Assembly (NCBI GenBank): GCA_051362555.1
Contig: CM120640.1
Location: forward strand, 71,526,788 to 71,590,787
Length of the DNA stretch: 64,000 nucleotides
Source of the DNA: Lingula anatina
Taxonomy: Eukaryota; Animalia; Brachiopoda
Reading direction: 5' to 3'
Of this stretch, positions 61,338 to 64,000 are shown one piece after another. Within the stretch, counting starts at the first letter, position 1. Each line of letters opens with the position of its first letter. Both the position numbers and the translations under genes were made by a program. Below the pieces are notes generated by a model. It was given only the letters and a program-made list of their open reading frames with translations, had not been told where the DNA came from and ran no database searches.

Positions 61338-62496
61338 TAAGACACAGCTGCTCTCTAACTGTGAGCTCATATAAAACATATATCTTAATTAAATTTTATA
61401 TGCTTTCCTCATTGCAATATCTCAAGGTATTCGTCTACAGAGGCCAATCTGGGTATTACTTACATTCTCTGGAGTTTGGAGTGGCCCTGGAAAGCATTGC
61501 GTGGAATGGTGGTGAGGGCATTCCCACTCAGGTCTCTGGAAGAGATAAGACGACACATTGGAGTATTTAACAGCTCGTCACTTTAATGTGAAATTTCATA
61601 CTTTAATATAAAAGACCTGTGATGAATAATATTTATTGTGAATGTATATTTAACATATTGTACTAGTAGATCTATACACAGAAGTTTTACTTTCTCCATT
61701 ATTGCTCCATGGATTTATGAATCACAAATTGCAAACACAATACAACCTTCAGTCACATTTTGCACAATTTTTACAAAAGCCAACTAAGTTTGTTTTGCGA
61801 AAAAGATTGAATTATGCAGTCTCATTTGCATCCACAGAATCAAATGCACTTCATTTCCGTGTTAGAGTACACATAATCTACATCTTCTCTCTGTTAGCTG
61901 TCTATGCACATAATATACTAATAGAAATCTGCTGAAACTGTCAATTATCAAAAGAAAAAAAATGTGGCTGAAATAGTGCTTCTCTCATGCACATGTTCAA
62001 TTTGCACTAACTGATGGGCCAATTTATGTTACAGGATTTATCTTCTAGGATGGAAAAAGGCATATTGATCCAGTGGTTAAAGGCCAACACTGCTAATTAG
62101 CTGGGTACATAAAGATGAATGGAAGTACCTCTGCAACCAAGTGGAAAATCTCATTGCGCCTGGTTCATGCTTCCACTACATACTCGTGACATTTACCGAA
62201 GATTTCACACTAAGATTTCAGAAATCCTAACTCTGTAAGCTAACAATCCTCTCAGCAAATCTTCCCCCACACGCCATCTTGTAGCAAGTCAGAACAATTA
62301 ATATCCCCCCAAGTATACAGCTCAGCAGAAAGCAATAGCATTATCTCTGATACTTGAAAGATTTTGCTGATATATTCTGTTTACTGAAATTTATAAACCT
62401 ACTGTATCATGTTTAATAATCATAAATTATTGATCAATTGTTAAGTCATATAGAAGTCACACAAATCTATGCATATTCACTGAACAGCTACAAATA

Positions 62497-62850
62497 GGTG
62501 TCACTGGGGCAGTCACTGGGTTAGGGTGGGTGTCACTGGGGCAGTCACTGGGTTAGGGTGAGTGTCACTTGGGCAGTCACTGGGGCAGTCACTGGGTTAG
62601 AGTGAGTGTCACTTGGGCAGTCACTGGGTTAGAGTGAGTGTCACTTGGGCAGTCACTGGGTTAGAGTGAGTGTCACTGGGGCAGTCACTGGGTTAGGGTG
62701 GGTGTCACTGGGGCAGTCACTGGGTTAGGGTGGGTGTCACTGGGGCAGTCTCTAGGTTAGGATGGGTGTCACTGGGTTAGGGTGGGTTTCCCTGAGGTAT
62801 TTACTGGGTTAGGGTGGGTGTCACTAGGGCAGTATCTGAGATAGGGTGCA
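62497..62850. repeat. G-rich ~32-bp tandem repeat containing GGGTTAGGG
   Basis: GTCACTGGGGCAGTCACTGGGTTAGGGTGGGT units. Confidence 0.85.
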
Positions 62851-63128
62851 TGTCACATTCATACAACAGGTATCAGAAAAACACGATGAGCTTTAATTTT
62901 ACCTCATAAAACTGCCTTGCTTAGCATTTCTGTGCACTTCCATATGAATATATTGACCAAAACTAAACTTGTATGAACTTGTACTTAATTCTCAGAAGTT
63001 ACTACAATACAGTGTTTGCTGGCATGATTCCCCCGCAGCCCAGTCCCTCTAATCTGTTGACGTCTTGATTAGCTTTACTCCTCCTTTCTACACCATGGCA
63101 TGTGCCGGTTATTAACACTGCCTTTATA

Positions 63129-63164
63129 GTGTGTGTGTGTGTGTGTGTGCGTGCGTGTGTGTGT
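63129..63164. repeat. (TG)n microsatellite
   Basis: Direct reading. Confidence 0.9.
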
Positions 63165-64000
63165 CAGATATTCTTTTCAAAAAGCCATGACAACTTACGG
63201 CAGTGTTTTAAATTGCTTTTTTCTCCCAAGTTAAATTCACATTGGTGGATAAATCCTGTATAATACACCTCTAATAAAAAAAGGCCAACAGCATGCATTA
63301 AAATACTTTCAAAACCACATTCTTCTAACAAAAATCAAACTTGACTTGTTTAACATGTCTACCCAGTGAGTGTACTGTACAGTACAGCCCTGGGGTAAGC
63401 TGTAGAGGATCAGTGCTGGGAGTTGAGTAGCCCCATGTGAGGCTGTGGTTCACAGTTAATAAGCTGTCTTGTTAACAATCTACATCCTACAAGCTAGCTT
63501 ACATCACCCTACCTCTCACCATGGGTCAGATCTTCCCTATCACTGTTATCAAATACCTGACCAGTTTCTCATTAAACCCATATTTGGACCTAGGTCTACT
63601 GGCTGAACAAGGCAGAATTACCTTGAATTTGTCATTTCTCATTTACATTCTAATGTTCTGTAGTTAAAATGCTCAGTCCATGCCACAATCTACTTCCACT
63701 GATCTACTGTCACAATTCTTATATTAGGAAAATATACTCTGTGTGGAATAAAGACCAGAGAGTTCAAAAGAAGATATCTATGCATTTCATCTCCACATAA
63801 ACTCTTAGATATCATACAAGTCAATTCATTATCCCTTCATCAGGCTCCTGTTTCCCTGTATAGCTACAACAAATATGGCTTATGAAAAAAACAAAACACC
63901 ATCCCAAAGAGCATGATCTGAACCTTGAGCAGCACGCACCACATAAAGAGCATTTCCAGTGAAATTAGATTGATGCCAATATTAATGCAATTTTATCCCA

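Overview
AT-rich, intron-containing metazoan genomic DNA, probably a marine invertebrate and mollusc-like judging by repeat style (inference). Five protein-coding genes were reconstructed by hand with consistent intron phases: PTPN9/PTP-MEG2 (-, 12 exons), UBE2R2/CDC34 (+, 5 exons), KCMF1 (-, 8 exons per isoform), QDPR (+, 6 exons) and a 5'-incomplete ADGRA3/GPR125-like adhesion GPCR (-, at least 15 exons). The first four form two head-to-head pairs. Introns hold non-autonomous DNA elements: a 3.86-kb P-like element, a Helentron/HINE-like element, PIF/Harbinger-like MITEs and a possible Kolobok-like element. The most unusual signal is a recurring class of locus-specific tandem repeats built on exon-intron boundaries. 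They create arrays of decoy splice sites: about 19 extra donors in ADGRA3, 5 extra AG|GT acceptors in QDPR that could act as recursive-splicing ratchets, and an in-frame duplicated LRR acceptor. KCMF1 also has a U12-type AT-AC intron and a pair of duplicated, apparently mutually exclusive exons. All coordinates and copy numbers were counted by eye; no searches were run.
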